Source of the DNA: Paramoeba atlantica
Lineage: Eukaryota; Protista; Discosea
Length of the DNA: 64,000 bases
Assembly (NCBI GenBank): GCA_977017575.1
Contig: CDRNVI010000053.1
Span: 186,001 to 250,000, forward strand
Direction of reading: 5' to 3'
A program made the translations under genes and the position numbers. Each line of letters starts with the position of its first letter. The first letter of the stretch is position 1. Below, piece after piece: positions 61,396-64,000 of the stretch. Below the pieces are notes generated by a model, which saw nothing but the letters and a program-made list of their open reading frames with translations, did not search any database and was not told the origin of the DNA.

Positions 61396-62325
61396 ATGCA
61401 CCCTTTCATCTCTCTCGCTTTGCCTCGCATCTGTTGTGCAGATTCAAGCGGTTCCCAGAGGGGCCGCATTCGAGGCTCGTCGCTTCCTGCCGAAGTGGAA
61501 CTTGCACGGCTTGTCGCGAAGATTACGAATCCACACCCTTCATGGAAGACTACTGTCCCACTGGAGAAGTGGCATGGTGTCCGAATAAGTGAGGAAGGAC
61601 AACTACATACATTTATATATATATTCTGGGGAGAGTATAGTGGAAGAAGCAAATGCGGCCACCATAAGTAAGGTCTGAGTGGCGAATTCACCTGGAAGTT
61701 TCTCCCAAAAGAGCTACGAACATTTGCCATCCACTGTGGAATGGATTTAAAAGGGATGGTGCCATTGAACGAATTACCTGCTTCCATGACGCACCTTAGC
61801 CTTCCATATTGCCAGTACAGTGGGCCCCTTGATTTTTCTCAAGCGCCGACCAAAATGCGTTCTATTCATCTCTACCACAATGAATTTTCGGGCCCATTGG
61901 AATTATCACAACTGCCCCCTAATTTGTTTTCACTGCGGCTGGAGTACAACGCCTTTTCCGGTGAAATAACGCTTAAAAATCTTCCGAAGGATATGAACGA
62001 ATTGTTTCTGAGGGGCAATAACCTATCAGAATCACTCTGCCTCGTTGGGATTCAGGATAATTTTGATATACTGGCATTGGATGACAATAACTTTGAAGGG
62101 TGTGTAGATCTAACGTCCCTTCCTAGGGCCCTTCGCGAGTTATACCTTCAGAAAAATAAATTGTCGGGTTCTGTAAGGTTTAATAACCTTCCTGAATACA
62201 TTGAAACGATCGATTTGTCACACAATGAGATCAAGGAATACGAGCCCAAGGTTGTGCCACGGTGCACTGTTACTTCTTCCGAAGACGTACTAGTATTGAA
62301 GGGATCTGTTGAAATGATAACATAG
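61396..62325 (+). pseudogene. LRR protein paralog 1 with a single in-frame TAA at 61669-61671
   Basis: Colinear with 62896-63876; TAA stands where the paralog has GAA, and the frame continues into the 61741 ORF. Confidence 0.75.
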
Positions 62326-62355
62326 CCTTTGAGTCAGGATCAAAACGTAAATATA

Positions 62356-62704
62356 CTGTCCCCCCCCTACTTATCTGTCACTACGTTTCGCGAAAGGGTG
62401 ATAGATAACTAAGGGGGGGGGTAGGGGTGTGACAGATAACTAGGCGTATCAGTGTGCGACAGATAACTAGGGAGGGTGTCTGTCACAAAAAAAAGTCAGA
62501 ACATGGAATTACAGGAACGGTTTATAATAGCACCACGCTCGACCATTCGCTTGAAACAGAAAAAAAAATGTATGTTTCATTTTATGATTTTTTTCGGAAA
62601 AAAGCATTTTACTTATTTTTAAAAAATGACAGATAACTAAGGGGGGTAGTCGAAGAAAAAAATTCGAAGTGCCAAAAAGTGACAGATAACTAGGAGGGGC
62701 ACAG
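62356..62704. mobile_element. MITE, TA-flanked, CTGTCCCCC-type TIR with CAGATAACTA repeats
   Basis: TA|CTGTCCCCCCCCTACTTATCTGTCAC ... GTGACAGATAACTAGGAGGGGCACAG|TA. Confidence 0.8.
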
Positions 62705-62895
62705 TACTACAAAATTTCAAGTAAGTAGTACGTCCTTTTAAATATCCCGTACTTAGTACGGGAACCATTTGTGTATAGGCGCCAATACTTATTTTGAACT
62801 GTGTTCCGGGTTATTGCACTTCGCGTTGAAAACTACTTCCCCGTTAAACGACATCCCTGTTTTTCAAAGTTCACTGTTCCACAAATTTCTTTTCT

Positions 62896-63876
62896 GTGTA
62901 CTTTATCGAAAGTATAGATTTATTTTTTCGTTTCTTTCATTCATATATCCCCGACCTTATGAACCCTGTGATCTCTATCACGTTGCGTCACATCCATTGT
63001 GCGGATTCAAGTTGTACCAAAAAAGGCCGCATTCGAGGCTCGTCGTTTCCTGCCGAAGTGGACCTTGCACGGCTTGTCGCAAAGATTACGAATCCACACC
63101 CTTCATGGAAGACTACTGTCCCACTGGAGAAATGGCATGGTGTCCGATTAAGTAAGGACGGAGAACTTGAACACATCTTCTGGGGAGGGTTTAGTGGAAG
63201 AAGCAAATACGGTCATAAGGAAGGTCTGCGGGGCGAGTTAATTTGGAGGTTTCTCCCGACTGAACTACAAACATTTGCTATTAACTGTGGAATGGATTTA
63301 AAAGGGATGGTGCCATTGAACGAGTTACCTGCTTCCATGACACACCTTAGCCTACGATATTGCCAGTATAGTGGACCCCTTGATTTTTCTCAAGCGCCGT
63401 CCGAAATGCGCACTATTCATCTTGACCACAATGAATTTTCGGGCCCATTGGAATTATCACAACTACCCCCTAATATGTATTCGCTGCGGCTGGAGTACAA
63501 CCGCTTTTCCGGTGAAATAACGCTTAAAAATCTTCCGAAGGATATGAACGAATTGTTTCTGACCGGGAACAAACTATCAGGATCACTCTGCCTCATTGGC
63601 ATTCAGGATAAGCTGCGTATATTGGCATTGGATGACAATAACTTCGAAGGGTGTGTAGATCTAACGTCCCTTCCTAGGGCCCTTCGCGAGTTATACCTTC
63701 AGAAAAATAAATTGTCGGGTTCTGTAAGGTTTGATAACATTCCTCAATACATTCATACGATCGATTTGTCAAACAATGAAATCAAGGAATACGAGCCCAA
63801 GGTTGTTCCACATTGCACTGTTTCCTCTTCTGAAGATGTACTTGTGTTGAAGAGAGCTGTTGAAATGATAATATAG
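62896..63876 (+). CDS. leucine-rich repeat protein paralog 2
   Basis: Repeated LxxNxFSGxLxLxxLP units; N-terminal cap WHGV..W. Confidence 0.88.
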   Translation: MYFIESIDLFFRFFHSYIPDLMNPVISITLRHIHCADSSCTKKGRIRGSSFPAEVDLARLVAKITNPHPSWKTTVPLEKWHGVRLSKDGELEHIFWGGFSGRSKYGHKEGLRGELIWRFLPTELQTFAINCGMDLKGMVPLNELPASMTHLSLRYCQYSGPLDFSQAPSEMRTIHLDHNEFSGPLELSQLPPNMYSLRLEYNRFSGEITLKNLPKDMNELFLTGNKLSGSLCLIGIQDKLRILALDDNNFEGCVDLTSLPRALRELYLQKNKLSGSVRFDNIPQYIHTIDLSNNEIKEYEPKVVPHCTVSSSEDVLVLKRAVEMII

Positions 63877-64000
63877 CCTTTGAATCACGAAGCGTTTGAA
63901 GCAGGATCGAGGTCTAGTAGATACAACCCAGGCTAAAGTGTACGAGGGAGATACTAAAGGTACCTTTGGAAAACCACCTCAAAACTGGAACGATATCTCC

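Noticed and set aside
26247-61671. Stop-codon reassignment (TAG in IS30 where Q/E is expected, TAA for Glu in LRR1)
   Set aside because: Housekeeping genes have no in-frame stops and end at TAA, TAG or TGA; both cases are single-base nonsense changes in decaying copies

Overview
Eukaryotic, most likely kinetoplastid-type DNA (inference: intronless co-oriented genes, a compact 9-tRNA cluster, a spliced-leader-like remnant, CRE-type and WIDN-type retroelements, Perkinsela-style LRR genes). Positions ~0.9-50.8 kb are a dense, nested transposon and satellite field. It holds Tc1 and pogo DNA transposons and MITEs, CRE- and HERO-like RLE non-LTR retrotransposons, a DIRS/VIPER-like element with inverted terminal repeats, a multi-copy palindromic-core element carrying interchangeable 19-27 bp satellites, and a few host genes (two unknowns, KAE1, tRNAs). 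Positions 50.9-63.9 kb are a + strand gene cluster: MEX67, RPA2, NVL/RIX7, a PPR protein, TFIIB-like and two LRR paralogs. The best discovery candidate is a complete prokaryote-type IS30-family element (25755-27201) with 26-bp IS30-like TIRs, triplicated subterminal binding sites and a 3-bp TSD. It is inserted precisely inside a eukaryotic retrotransposon ORF, and removing it restores that ORF in frame. A second, divergent IS30 fragment lies at ~49.4-49.9 kb. Together these point to an IS30 lineage that has transposed in a eukaryotic nucleus. All calls come from reading the sequence by eye; no database searches were run.
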